From a bacterium (lineage in GTDB: Bacteria > UBA8248 > JACPRG01 > G963555815): DNA of 64,000 bases. Every line of letters begins with the position of its first letter. The first letter of the stretch is position 1. The position numbers and the translations under genes are program-made. Below, piece after piece: positions 53,062-64,000 of the stretch. The stretch is taken from NCBI GenBank assembly GCA_965261595.1, contig CBDHDG010000007.1, positions 1,184,001 to 1,248,000 on the forward strand. The letters are read 5' to 3'. Under the pieces are notes generated by a model. That model was not told the origin of the DNA and did no database searches. It saw only the letters and a program-made list of their open reading frames with translations.

Positions 53062-55852
53062 CGGGGAGCTTGGCATACACCTTGATGGCTTCGTTCATCT
53101 CCAGCTGCTCGGCAAAGGTGCGTTCGGTGCCGGACTGGTAGATCACCTGCTCGTGAACCGATTTATTGGCGTCGAGCATGGATTTGAGGTAGCCGACTAG
53201 CTCTTCAGTCTCGAACAGTTGCTGGGCGTAGTAATCCCCGACGCCGATGCGCTGGTACTTAATGCCGTCCACGAGCGCGAGACGCTTCGAACGGTTGATG
53301 ACCTCTGCCGCGAGATCGATGAACTGCTGCGGGTTGCGTTTGAAGTCATCGAGCCGGCCGCTGTCCACGAGGATGCGGTGAATGCTACGCCGCGTGAGCT
53401 GGGTCTTGTCCTGGAGATCTGTCAGGATGTCGGGCAACTCGATGTCGCCCTCATCGAGCGTCACTGGGGCAGAGGTAACAGTCGCCTTCGCGTCTACCCC
53501 GGAGCGCCCGATGGCGAGATCGGCCTTGCGCCATTGCAGGCGCGTCTTGGTGATAGCGAAGTTCGGGACTTTGATCGCCTGGATACAGGTCGCGAGCAAG
53601 GCCTCGTTGTCGAACTGGATGCGGTACGTGGTCTTGTACTTGATGCGCTCCCACAGCGCCTTGAAGTCCTCGCCCTGCAAGACGGCCTGACGGGTCTTCA
53701 CCTGCTTGCGCTCGTCGGCGTTCTTGATCTCCAAGCGTCCTGCCAATTTGCGGAGGATCTCTTTCACCTGCGGGAGTTGGGCAACGAACGGCTCTGGCAG
53801 GGTCAGCGTGCCGTCCTTCAGTTGTTGCCGCAGCGCGTCCTGCACCTTGCCTTGGGCGTTCACGAGACCCGCAGTTTTCAAATGCTCCCACAGCACCTTC
53901 GACTGCTCGAAGCCCAGCGGCGCAGGCTGGCCATCGGTTCCAGAGGCGGTGACCCCGGCGAATTGGTGCGCCTCCACGATGCCGAAGCGAATACCCGTTT
54001 CTTCTTCGATCTCCTTCTGGAGTTTCTCGGCGAACTGTTCGTAGATCTCGGTCGCAATCACAGTCAGCGTGTTGATCTCGAAGCCGCGCAGGCGTTCGCC
54101 TTTCTGGTTTACGCAGAGACGCAGACCACGTCCGATGGTCTGGCGTCGCTGCTGCTCTGAACCCATCTCGCGCAATGCGCAGATTTGAAAGACGTTCGGG
54201 TTGTCCCAGCCTTCGCGTAGAGCGGAGTGGGAAAAGATGAACTTCAGCGGTGTGTCGAAGCTCAGCAACTTCTCCTTGTCCCGCATGATCAGGCCATAGG
54301 TGTCGTCGTCGGCCTGGGTGGTCCCTTTGGTGTCCTTGAACACCTCCACCGTCTTGGTGCCGACCTTCTTCTTATCGATGGAGAAATAGCCGCTGTGCAC
54401 GTCCTCGGCGGCGGTGGTCAGGTCCACTTCCTTGAAGAGGGTCTGGTAGTCGGGATGCTTGGCGAGCCGACGGTATTCCTCCTCGAAGATGCGGGCGTAG
54501 TCGCCCTTCACCGAGTTGCCGTCGGCGTCGTACTGCCGGTATTTCTCGACGGCATCGATAAAAAACAGGCTGAGCACCTTGATGCCCTGCGGGCGGAGAC
54601 GCTTCTCCTTGTCCAGGTGCTCCTTGATGGTGCGGTGGATCATCTGGCGCTGCACAGCCAGCGCGTCCACGTCGCCGTAGGCTTGGCCGGGACGGAGGTA
54701 TTCCTCGCCGCCGGGATAGCGGAGTTCCATGAACTTGTCGTCCTTGGCATCCCGGATGTCCTGCCCGATGATGTGGTCCCGGTAAATCTCCCGCTTGGTC
54801 ACTTCTTCGAGCTTGTCGAGCGGTGCCACGGTGACCGTCTGTCGGTCCACCCCGTGTGCCTTGGCGATGTCCAGCTCCACTCTGGCGCCCACGACGCCCT
54901 TGCCACGGGATACCGGCGCGATGAACCGCACATACGCCTTGTTGTACCCGCCCTCCACGGAGGCCGCCGCTACCTCAATCTGCTTCACCAGTTTCCGCTC
55001 GTAGGCATCCACCGCATCGAGCTTGAACACCATGTGGTGCGCCTCTTTCGGCGTCGCGGAATAGCGCAGGTTGCACAGCGGATTCATCCGCTCCATGGCC
55101 TTCTTGCCCTTGCCGTTGAGCCCGCCTTCCACGCTCTGCGGCTCGTCCACGATGAGGAGGGGGCGCGTCGCCCGGATCAGATCGATGGGCTTCTCCCCGC
55201 CCGTCTTTTCGCTGGGGCGATACATCACGTTCTTCGATTTCTCGCGTCGGGCGGCCTCGTCCGCTTCCTCCGTCTGCGCTTGCTGCTCGTCGCCGAACTT
55301 GTTGATCGCGCCCACCGTCATCACCATGATTTGAATCTGCGGGCTGGTCGCAAAGTTGCGCACCTGGCCGAGCTTCGCCGAGTCGTAGATGAAGAAGTCG
55401 ACGGGCGCGCCCGCGTAGAGCCCCTTGAGGTGCTCCGCCGCGGTCTCAATGGTGTGATAGACGCCTTCCTTGATCGCCACCGAGGGCACGACGATGACGA
55501 ACTTGGTGAAGCCGTAACGCTTGTTCAACTCAAAGACGGTCCGCAGATAGACATAGGTTTTGCCGGTACCGGTCTCCATCTCCACGGTGAAATCCCCGGA
55601 CGTGAGCGAGACTGACGGGGCAAGGCCGTGGCGGAGTTGGATGGCGTGCAGATTAGCGAGGAGTTCTTCGTCAAGAAGAGTCAGCCGATTGCCGATCCCG
55701 AGGTCGTTTTCGAGCAACGACATTTGCCCAGCGGCAGCGTCCCGCGTGACCGTGAATTCAGTCCGACAGGTCTCCTGACCGTGGAAAAGACCGCAGACGG
55801 CTTCGATGGCTTGAAGCTGGTAGTCGAGGTCGGGTTCGAAGTGGAGTTTCAT
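53062..55852 (-). pseudogene. res: Type III restriction endonuclease Res subunit, 3'-truncated by the IS3 copy
   Basis: EMETGTGKT, IVDEPQ, LRYSAT, LREGWDNPNVFQIC, QTIGRGLR; stops at KVYAKLP, before the expected PD..EXK nuclease motif. Confidence 0.9.
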
Positions 55853-55861
55853 GCTGCTCGA

Positions 55862-57916
55862 TTACAAGCTGCGGACGGTTTCGAGGCCGTGTTGCTGGAG
55901 GATGGCCGTCAAGTTGGTCTTAGCCACGTCGTCGGTGAACGCGCTGTCGCGGAAGACCACAACGCTCTCGCCAGCTGGGGCTTGTTCTTTGTGCCACGCG
56001 ACTACGCCAAGAGCCAGGGGCTCCGCCTCGGCCTGCGTGATGGAGTCGGCGAGGCAGACGAGGAGAACACCGCCGCCAATACTGTGGATGGCCTTGCCGG
56101 CAATGGTGCGCTGAACGATCGGCACGGTGAGGTCGAGGCCGAGCTTGAGCAGGAGTTCAAAGAGAATGTCCTGCTCGGTGCGGTCCTCTTTCAGGTTCTT
56201 CGTGTGCGCCTCCAGACTGGCGGCGAGGTCGGCGCGGTTAGGATCCCACGCCTGGATGTTGCTGCTATCCAGCTTGAACACGCGGAAGCCGAGGTCACCC
56301 GCGTACGTCGAGTTTTCCTCTTTAATCTTCGTTCGCAGCCGGCGAAGATGTTCCTTGGTCACCTCAGCGATGTTCCGTGGATGCTTCAGCGCGTCGCAGA
56401 ACGCCGCCGCAACCTGCTGATTTTTGTCTTTTGGATCGAGAGGTTCTGGAAGCTGGACCAATACGTATCGTCGAAGCTTTTGGTCAGCCACATTTTGCAG
56501 CAAGAGCGCGTGAGCTGTTGAACCGCTTCCTGCAAAGAAATCGACAAGGAGTCCGTCTGACTCCAGACCAATCTGGATCAGATAACGAAGCAGTTCTTTC
56601 GGTTTTGGATACTGGAAAGGTATACCCATGCTCTCAAGTTCCGAGCGCATCTTTTCGGTGGTCCCCATGTCGCGGAGGATGGAAAGAATGTTGCGGGCCT
56701 TTTCGCGATCTCGCCGGTAGTACACGACCCCGTTTCCTGAGAGGAAAAAAGACACCTTGTCGCCGGCGTCATCGATTGGTTGACAGCCATTCTGAATGAA
56801 TGCACGAAGCTTGTTTACGTTGGCCCACCCGCTGAAGAGTCGGCACTCCGAGACGAGCGCCATACCCTTGACTGCCAGTGGTTCCAACCTAATCGGATAG
56901 TTCACTGAAAACCTGTCTGTCAGCTCTCTGGTGATATAGCCCTGAGTCGCAACTGCTTCGAAGAAGGCAGGGGACACGTCGCTCGCAGGCAAGCGGAGGT
57001 GGTCTACTAGACACGGAAACCCAATTGGGAGCGTGACCTCACTGGGTGGATTACCTGGGCCATTCTTTGTAATTGAGTTCTCCGCAAATCCTTTCCACAA
57101 ATTGCTTTCTTCACAAGTGTTGGGATCTACGACGTGGCCAAGAGACGCTCGTGCACCATTGCGTGCGAACAGCAGGACATACTCGTGGCTAACTTTCACA
57201 TCGAACTGGTTGTCGGTGTGCCCCTCGGTATTCCACACGAACTGCGCGATGAAGTTCTCTTCACCGAACACCTCCGCGCAGATCTTTCTAAGGTTGTCAC
57301 TTTCATGGTCATCCGTGCTCACGAAGATGACCCCGTCATCACGCAGTAGATTCCGCGCCAGCTTGAGGCGGGGATACATCATGCTCAGCCAGTCGGTGTG
57401 GAAGCGGCCGGAGGCTTCAGTGTTGCTATTGATCTTCCGCCCGGCCTCGATCTGGCCGGTCAGTTCCAGATAATGTTTGATGCTGTCCTGGAAGTTGTCG
57501 GGATAGACGAAGTCCTTGCCGGTGTTGTAGGGCGGGTCGATGTAGATGAGCTTGACCTTCCCAGCGTAGGACTTCTGGAGGAGCTTGAGGACTTCAAGGT
57601 TGTCGCCCTCGATCATGAGGTTCTGGGTGGTGTCCCAGTCCACGCTGTCTTCCGGGCAGGGGCGCAGGGTGCCGGTGGAGGGGGTGAGAGCAAGCTGGCG
57701 GGCGCGGCGTTTACCATGCCAGTTGAGGCCGTATTTCTCCTCGGCATCGGTGACAGTCCGGTCGCCCACGAGCTGCTTGAGCACGTCGAGATTCACGGCC
57801 ACGCTGTCCGGCCCCTCGGTGACGAGTTCGGGGAAGAGCGCCCGGAGCCGGGAGACGTTCTCGGCGACGAGGTCGGGTGACTTCGTTTCGGGGTCGTTGG
57901 CGGTGAGTTTCTGCAT
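55862..57916 (-). CDS. mod: Type III R-M methyltransferase (Mod)
   Basis: IEGDNLEVLKLL, IYIDPPYNTG, DFFAGSGST; lower-GC central TRD. Confidence 0.93.
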   Translation of the reverse strand: MQKLTANDPETKSPDLVAENVSRLRALFPELVTEGPDSVAVNLDVLKQLVGDRTVTDAEEKYGLNWHGKRRARQLALTPSTGTLRPCPEDSVDWDTTQNLMIEGDNLEVLKLLQKSYAGKVKLIYIDPPYNTGKDFVYPDNFQDSIKHYLELTGQIEAGRKINSNTEASGRFHTDWLSMMYPRLKLARNLLRDDGVIFVSTDDHESDNLRKICAEVFGEENFIAQFVWNTEGHTDNQFDVKVSHEYVLLFARNGARASLGHVVDPNTCEESNLWKGFAENSITKNGPGNPPSEVTLPIGFPCLVDHLRLPASDVSPAFFEAVATQGYITRELTDRFSVNYPIRLEPLAVKGMALVSECRLFSGWANVNKLRAFIQNGCQPIDDAGDKVSFFLSGNGVVYYRRDREKARNILSILRDMGTTEKMRSELESMGIPFQYPKPKELLRYLIQIGLESDGLLVDFFAGSGSTAHALLLQNVADQKLRRYVLVQLPEPLDPKDKNQQVAAAFCDALKHPRNIAEVTKEHLRRLRTKIKEENSTYAGDLGFRVFKLDSSNIQAWDPNRADLAASLEAHTKNLKEDRTEQDILFELLLKLGLDLTVPIVQRTIAGKAIHSIGGGVLLVCLADSITQAEAEPLALGVVAWHKEQAPAGESVVVFRDSAFTDDVAKTNLTAILQQHGLETVRSL

Positions 57917-57930
57917 CGTGTCCTCGTGCT

Positions 57931-58689
57931 TCACAGGTTTGCGCGAGCAGCAACCTGAGCTGCCTCCACGCGCTTGAGTTCCAGGTTCAGTTCCACGCGC
58001 CGCGCCATCTGCTTTTCTTTGGCGGCGGTGGCGCGCAGGCGGGCGATCTCCGCATCGAGCCTTGCGCATTCCTGTAGGGCGTCGCGCCGGGCGGCGGCGT
58101 GGTCGGAGTTCGCCGCGACCGCGAAGGCACCGGTCACGCGGGCAGCTTGCAGCGCCAGCAGGGTACCGATCCAGCCATGATACAGGGTATGGAGCGTTGT
58201 GCCTGGCTGCTTGCCGAGCGCCAGCGCATCACAGAAGGTGGGCCAGTGTTCGCCATCGTGCTCCGCGTCCCACTCGACGGTGATCACGTCGCCCTCCAGC
58301 ACCGTCATACCCGCCTCAGCCTGCGACCAGCGTTTGTGGGCGACGGAAAGACCGGGCCGTTCGCCTTGCTCCGTCAAGAGCAGCAGCGGATAGGGCACGG
58401 CCCGGTGCACCAGCTCCACCAGCCGCGTCGCCTTGGCCGCGGCCCGCAGGGTGAGGCGCAGCACTGCAATCTCCAGATATTCCCGCACGTCGTCTCGATA
58501 CTCGGGTACACCGATAGTCGTGGGCTTGAGCGCCGCCAGCCAGAGCACCGCCTCTACGCCTTCGTTGATGAAGCGCTTGCCAGCCGCGGTAGGCGCACCG
58601 TGCTCAAGCAGCAGTTTCTTGGGCACGCGCTGATCCACCCGGCTACTGGCGGGCAGGTCGAGGGCGGCGAGCAGCGCATCGCCGGTCAT
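57931..58689 (-). CDS. DUF4391-type protein of SNF2/type III R-M loci
   Basis: RVPKK, YLEIAV, LVHRAVPYP, KEKQMARRVELN; position between the helicase and mod. Confidence 0.75.
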   Translation of the reverse strand: MTGDALLAALDLPASSRVDQRVPKKLLLEHGAPTAAGKRFINEGVEAVLWLAALKPTTIGVPEYRDDVREYLEIAVLRLTLRAAAKATRLVELVHRAVPYPLLLLTEQGERPGLSVAHKRWSQAEAGMTVLEGDVITVEWDAEHDGEHWPTFCDALALGKQPGTTLHTLYHGWIGTLLALQAARVTGAFAVAANSDHAAARRDALQECARLDAEIARLRATAAKEKQMARRVELNLELKRVEAAQVAARANL

Positions 58690-61600
58690 CCGGTCACTTC
58701 TGGCAGCACCGCGAGCCAGGCCACCACTTCGAAGTCGTTGATGCCCCCGAACTCGCCCTTCATAGCGTGGGTGCCGCCGGGGGTGAACAGGCTCGCCACG
58801 GCGCGCTCGTCGTTCTTGCCGACCACCGAGGCCACGGCCGCGGCGAGCAGCCGCTGCGCGGCGCGCATGTCCTCGCCTTGCTTGGTCGCCTTGTCGAAGC
58901 GTGCGCAGGCACCGGCGTTTAGCAAGTCGCGCCCAAGGCAGAGGCGCTTGAGGCGGTCGAGGATCTGCTTGGCCTGCGTGTATGGCAGCAGCACCGTGCC
59001 GTCGTCGCCCACATGCACGAGATACTGGGCACCGAGCGGATAGCCGGTCTCGGCGCTGCGCTTGGCAGCTTCACCCTCTGCGCGCAGGCAAAAGATGATG
59101 CCTGGTGCGATCTCTGCTTCGGAGGTCGTCGTGACCGCGCAAGTGCCGAGGGGCAGATTCTCCAGCACGCCGGGGTGCGCCCTGAGGTATTGCGCCAAGT
59201 CGATGCGAAGGTCGGTGAGTGTCAGATCGGCAATGGAGACGCCGGTGGAGAGGTCCTCTAGTTCGATCACCGCGTCCTGGAGCTTCAACAGCTGCTTGCG
59301 GCGGTACTCCAGATCATTCATCTGGTTGCCGGAGTCCTGCTCAATCAGGTTCTCTTCGCCGGTGGCGGAGATGTCGAGCAGCACCATGCGGCCGCTGACC
59401 CGCTGTTCCAGCTTGATGTACTCCTCCAGTTCCATGTTCGGCCAGAAATTGACGAGCTGGATGCGCTCGTTGGGCGAGCCGATGCGATCGATGCGGCCGA
59501 AGCGCTGGATGATGCGGACCGGGTTCCAGTGGATGTCGTAGTTGATCAGCCAGTCGCAGTCCTGGAGATTCTGACCTTCGGAGATGCAATCTGTGGCGAT
59601 GAGCAGGTTGAGATCACCTTCGTTCGCGAATTCATCGGGTCGCTCTTTGGCCTTCGGTGCGAACGTGGCGAGAATCGAGGACAGGTCCTTACGCAGGCCG
59701 GCAATCGTCGTCTGGTTGCTGCCCGTGCCGGTCACCAGCGCCGTGTCGATGTCAAGGGTTGTCTTCGCCCACGGGGCGAGCTGGTCATAGAGATAACGGG
59801 CCGTGTCGGCGAAGGCGGTAAAGACGATCACCTTGCGGTTTCCGGGGTTGATCGGGTTCTGGCACTTCTGGTCAATCATCTCGCGCAGGGCCGTGAGCTT
59901 GGCGTCCCGTGAGGCATCCACCTTGGCCGCCGCCGCGTGCAGCGTCGCCAAGCGGTTGCGATCCTCGATCAGCTCTTGCTTCCAGTGGATGAGGTCCACG
60001 TCCTTCAGCAGCACCTTCACCCTACGCCCTACGAGCAGACTCTCGAAGGCGGGATCGTCGAGGTCCACGTCCTCGATGTCGATCTCCTCCAACTCCTCGG
60101 CGTGATTTTCGATGCGGGCCAGCGTGGCCTCCACGTCGCGCAACTGGCGCTGCACCGTCAGGGCGAATGACGGCACGGCGCTTTCCATGCGCTTGAGCAC
60201 GTTGACGCGCAGCAGGTGGATCAGGCTCTCCTCCCGGTCGGCCTGGCGGAAGAAGCCCTCACCGCCGCGAATCTCCGTGCTGTATTTCTTGTCGTACGCC
60301 GCCTGTCTGTGCGGCAGCACGTACCGGAGCGGGGCGTACGAGGCGAGGTTCAGACGTCGGATCTCGTTGTTGATCTCCCGGATCGATTGGAACTCGCCGG
60401 CAACGTCCACGTCAGCCTTGATGTTGATCGGCTTCAGGCGGTCAGGGAAGCGCCCGGTCTCGGCGGTGCCATAGTACTTCCCCACATGCTTGCGCGACCG
60501 GGCGATGGTCAGGCGATCGAGCAAGGTGAAGTAGTCGAACCCGAGCATCTCAACCAGCCGCGATGGTGTCCGTTCGACGTTATCGAGGTCCATCCAGCGG
60601 TTGAACTGCTTCTGCGCGAGGCGCGTCGTGCTGTCGATGCTACTGATGCCGTGATCGAGCAATGCCGTGTCGTCACCCTCGGTGGCGAAGGCGATCTGGT
60701 TGCGCATGTCAGCCATGCGATTGTTGACCGGGGTTGCAGACAGCATGAGCACGCGGGTCTTGACGCCTTCCTTGATGACCTTGCGCATCAGGCGGTCATA
60801 GCGCGTCTCGTTGCCGACTCGTGGCGTCTTCTTGTTGCGGAAATTGTGCGACTCGTCGATCACGACGAGGTCGTAGTTACCCCAGTTGACGTGAGCAAGA
60901 TCGACGTCTCCCGACTGGCCACCGTCTCGCGATAGGTCGGTGTGATTCAGGACGTCGTAATTGAAGCGATCGGGCGCAAGGAAGTTCCGGCGGTCGTTGG
61001 CCTTGTACAGCGTCCAGTTGTCGCGCAGGAGCTTTGGCACCAGCACGAGCACACGGTCGTTCCGGAGTTCGTGGTATTTGATGATCGCGAGCGCCTCGAA
61101 CGTCTTGCCGAGGCCGACGCTGTCGGCGATGATGCAGCCGCCGTAGCGCTCGAGCTTGGCAATCGCACCGACCACGCCATCACGCTGGAACCTGTAGAGC
61201 TTCTTCCAGACCACTGTGTTGCGGATGCCGGTTGCCAACTTGATCACGCGCTCTTCGTCGAGATCCTCGCCACGGTCGCGGAAGAGGTGATGCAGGATGA
61301 GCGTGTAGACGAGGAACGGGTCACGGTGTGCCGCGAGCGACTGCAGGTCGCCGATCAAGACGGTCTTTGCACCGGGGTCCGCCACAAGGCTTGACCACTG
61401 GACATCGAACCATTGACTGAGCAGGTGAGCTTCTTCGGGCGTCTCCGATGCCTGGATCAAGCTTAATGGATTGCCGGGCGTCAGCCCGAGGCCATCGGTA
61501 CTGAATGCGAGCGACCCGAGAAGAGCCTGGAGAGGGTGCCCCTCCCCGTCTCGCAGAACAACAGCGCCTTGGGGAACCGCGCCGGGGGCTCGCCGGATTT

Positions 61601-61883
61601 CGGCCCTGTCAGCCAGCCACTGGGAGAGCCGTTCGGCAAGCCAGCGCGTTTGCAAACGGTTGCGAGCGGCGCGGTCGGCGTCCGATCCCAAGACCGCCAA
61701 GTCTGTACTGGTCGGTGGCAGTAGCAGGCGGAAACGCGCCAGCGAACCGACTTCATTCTGCAGTTCTGAGAAGGCGAACACGGACAGGGAGGGAGTCACC
61801 ACGTCGAGCTGGCCGCCTACCGTGAGACTCGGGCGAAGAAGATCGACGACGCAGTCCGTACCTGCGTTGCGGACAATCTTCAT
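58686..61883 (-). CDS. SNF2-family helicase with a degenerate N-terminal PLD-like domain
   Basis: IADSVGLGKT, VIDESHNFRN, LSATPVNN, SEGQNLQ, QRFGRIDRIG. Confidence 0.9.
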   Translation of the reverse strand: MKIVRNAGTDCVVDLLRPSLTVGGQLDVVTPSLSVFAFSELQNEVGSLARFRLLLPPTSTDLAVLGSDADRAARNRLQTRWLAERLSQWLADRAEIRRAPGAVPQGAVVLRDGEGHPLQALLGSLAFSTDGLGLTPGNPLSLIQASETPEEAHLLSQWFDVQWSSLVADPGAKTVLIGDLQSLAAHRDPFLVYTLILHHLFRDRGEDLDEERVIKLATGIRNTVVWKKLYRFQRDGVVGAIAKLERYGGCIIADSVGLGKTFEALAIIKYHELRNDRVLVLVPKLLRDNWTLYKANDRRNFLAPDRFNYDVLNHTDLSRDGGQSGDVDLAHVNWGNYDLVVIDESHNFRNKKTPRVGNETRYDRLMRKVIKEGVKTRVLMLSATPVNNRMADMRNQIAFATEGDDTALLDHGISSIDSTTRLAQKQFNRWMDLDNVERTPSRLVEMLGFDYFTLLDRLTIARSRKHVGKYYGTAETGRFPDRLKPINIKADVDVAGEFQSIREINNEIRRLNLASYAPLRYVLPHRQAAYDKKYSTEIRGGEGFFRQADREESLIHLLRVNVLKRMESAVPSFALTVQRQLRDVEATLARIENHAEELEEIDIEDVDLDDPAFESLLVGRRVKVLLKDVDLIHWKQELIEDRNRLATLHAAAAKVDASRDAKLTALREMIDQKCQNPINPGNRKVIVFTAFADTARYLYDQLAPWAKTTLDIDTALVTGTGSNQTTIAGLRKDLSSILATFAPKAKERPDEFANEGDLNLLIATDCISEGQNLQDCDWLINYDIHWNPVRIIQRFGRIDRIGSPNERIQLVNFWPNMELEEYIKLEQRVSGRMVLLDISATGEENLIEQDSGNQMNDLEYRRKQLLKLQDAVIELEDLSTGVSIADLTLTDLRIDLAQYLRAHPGVLENLPLGTCAVTTTSEAEIAPGIIFCLRAEGEAAKRSAETGYPLGAQYLVHVGDDGTVLLPYTQAKQILDRLKRLCLGRDLLNAGACARFDKATKQGEDMRAAQRLLAAAVASVVGKNDERAVASLFTPGGTHAMKGEFGGINDFEVVAWLAVLPEVTG

Positions 61884-61884
61884 G

Positions 61885-61971
61885 CTGGAGTTACCCCGTT
61901 TTGGTGGACAGGTTTGGGCTGTCGCCCCCAGCTCTGAGATGGGCGATGGCCGGTGGACGTAAAGTCTTCTC
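61885..61971 (+). repeat. 87-bp structured direct repeat, copy 2
   Basis: Matches 50173-50259; ends 1 bp from the SNF2 ATG on the minus strand. Confidence 0.85.
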
Positions 61972-62366
61972 CATACCCTGGGGATAGGGTATCCCCGGAG
62001 GGTATGTCTTTCCCTTTGGCTCGCCGATCCGGGACGCATCGGGGACGGCTCGAGCCGGACGATGAGCGTTGCGAGCATGCCGTGCCACTTTTCCTGCGGC
62101 AGCTGCCAAAGGCCCAAGCCTGAGCTTGCTCACGGCTCTCGCAAACCGGCTTTGACTTTCGATGATCCGCCTTACCGCCGATTGCTGCTCACGCACCTTG
62201 AGATAAGGCGCCCGGACCGCTTGAATCTGCCTTTGCAGATCGGCAAAGGGCTGCATCGCCTTTTGCAGCCCTTCGCAAATATCGAAAACGGGCTTCATTC
62301 CTTCCAGAAATTGCGCCCCTGCGGTTGCCGTTCTCAAAATTCCGTCGTCGCGTTTCCCATTCATGT

Positions 62367-63648
62367 CTATACCCAATCGAACGGCTGCGGCGCCTCGCTG
62401 ACCCAGCGCTCCAAATCGTCCGTCGTAACCTCCCGCTCTTCGCGACCCACGATCCCAATCCAGCGGTCCCGGTTCGGCGAGGCGGTCGAGATGCCCGCAT
62501 CGATCACGTCTGCCAGATTGTCTTGTGAGGCGAACAGCACAAGGGAGCCGCCGCCCGCATGACGCGCGCTCTGGTACCGGATGCCGGCGAGCGGCCCGCC
62601 ATCATGCGCGAATTCCGTGCGGAAGTATTCCGTGACGACCTGCGCGGGTAGGTATTCGACGTGAACGCTACTGTCTCTCGCAATCGGCATGGACAGCTCG
62701 GCGGCGAAATAGTTGAGAAAGATCAGCGGCGGCCGTGGGTCGTACTCGAGTGAATCGGGGACGGGTTCGAAGATGCTCGGAATGCCCGGGATATCGATCA
62801 GGTCCAGTATCCGGACCTGTCGAAGCGTCCGGAACGTCCCGATTGCATAGACTCCCGCATCGCGTGCCGGGTCCTTCGCGACCTCCCGAAGCGCCGTTTC
62901 CGCTTCATCGCTGGCATCGAACATGACAATGCCGGGCGGGCTCATTCGGTTTGCCATTGTCGCCTTGTCCTGCGGCGGCGATCCCAATGCTGCAGCGGTT
63001 TCCAGCTTCTCCCCGGGCTTCTGGAGCCGCGCCCGATAAAGCAGACAGTTGGCCGGAAGAGTTTCGATCAACTCAAAGCATTTGCACCAGCTCTCAAGTT
63101 CCTCCAGGAGCGCGAAAGGACTGAATAATTCCTGATACCCGGGCTCGCGCAGGAAGAAGTAACGCCTGTGATGCTTGATCAGCTCGCAAAACGCTTCCCA
63201 ACTGTAGGTCAGCTTCTCGTCTTTCGTCATGGAAAGGGGATGCAATCGACACCAAGCGCGCTCCCCCAGCCCGTCGCACAACGTCTCCATCAGCGCGCCT
63301 TCGTCGTTTGGCAGGGCGTCGCCAAGATGGGTCTCCAATAGTTCCATCGTCGTCCATATCTGGGCCATGTAGCCGCCCAGCTCACTGTCGTAGGACAGCT
63401 TGTTCTCCGCGACATCGTATTCCCCGGCGATACACATCATTGATGTGAAGAAGCACCTCAACCAGCGGCGCCGCGATGGGATCGGCCGATTCCGCGCCGC
63501 AGAACGTGCAACAGTTCGCGCGGGCCTCGCTCTCGATCAATCCGCGCAAGCCGTCATCGTCGACACAGGCGGCGCAAACATAATCGTGCGCGTGCGCTTC
63601 CGGATTGCCGCCTCCCAATCGGCCCCGCACGTCCTTCCAATACCCCAT
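62367..63648 (-). pseudogene. HEPN/RES-NTD1 + RES domain protein, frameshift near 63437
   Basis: The N-terminal CxxC..CxxC ORF (63382-63648) joins the RES ORF (LYRAR, NRMSPPGI, ETALRE, EYLPAQVVTEY, GIRYQS) if one base is removed. Confidence 0.75.
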
Positions 63649-64000
63649 TCCCGGTGTCTCCGATATGGATACTCTTTCCAGCCATGAAATCTCATTATCA
63701 TATTGATATTATTGGATAATACACATTCTTTCTGCTCTCGTTCGGAACCCGACTTCTGTAGTCTGTAATCAAAATGAAAGCGGATTCGTTAAAACTCCTG
63801 CGCATTTCGGCGAGTCCCTGTCGTACCATTGCACCTCCGTCCTCCAAAGTCCGACCCGCAACAGCTTGCTTACGGTTATGCTCCGGTGCCCGGCAACGTT
63901 CATTCAGGAACCACCGGTTACGCCCCCTGACGGTGCCCGATTTGCGCCCGCGGCGCAGTCGACCACAGCGACGATGATCTTCTGAGCGACGCGGGAGCAG

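Overview
A GC-rich bacterial window that alternates core genes with accessory and mobile DNA. (1) 1-6.7 kb: the 5' end of recQ (minus strand), a DMT transporter, then a disrupted diversity-generating retroelement (DGR). The DGR consists of a secreted caspase-like/PEGA/FGE-sulfatase (C-type lectin fold) target gene, a GNA-loop hairpin, an Avd-like gene and only the first ~8 codons of a probable RT, which is cut by an IS3-family element. No template repeat is visible. A frameshifted TPR-OmpA lipoprotein follows. (2) 7-13.6 kb: comF-like, xdhC-like, yqeC, pyrG, kdsB and a RAYT flanked by REPs. (3) 13.6-28.4 kb: a surface-polysaccharide cluster (WcaJ-type phosphotransferase, GT4 and GT9 enzymes, flippase, ligase, WecA fusion, AsnB) containing a stray FGE-domain remnant. 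(4) 28.6-41.7 kb: LLM, cupin and DUF4384 genes, then two inverted copies of an IS1595-family element carrying an MTase-endonuclease passenger; these bracket an ECF sigma/anti-sigma pair, a second caspase and a Zn-dehydrogenase with an in-frame TGA. (5) 41.7-64 kb: an island with a truncated excisionase, an AAA primase/helicase-like gene bracketed by inverted iteron-like arrays, two transposase-less cassettes with 8-bp target duplications and NrdR-box-like ends (one nested in an IS1380), an amidinotransferase, AlpA, a second IS3 copy truncating a type III R-M res gene, mod, DUF4391, an SNF2 helicase and a frameshifted RES-domain gene. All family calls come from recognising motifs by eye; no database searches were run.
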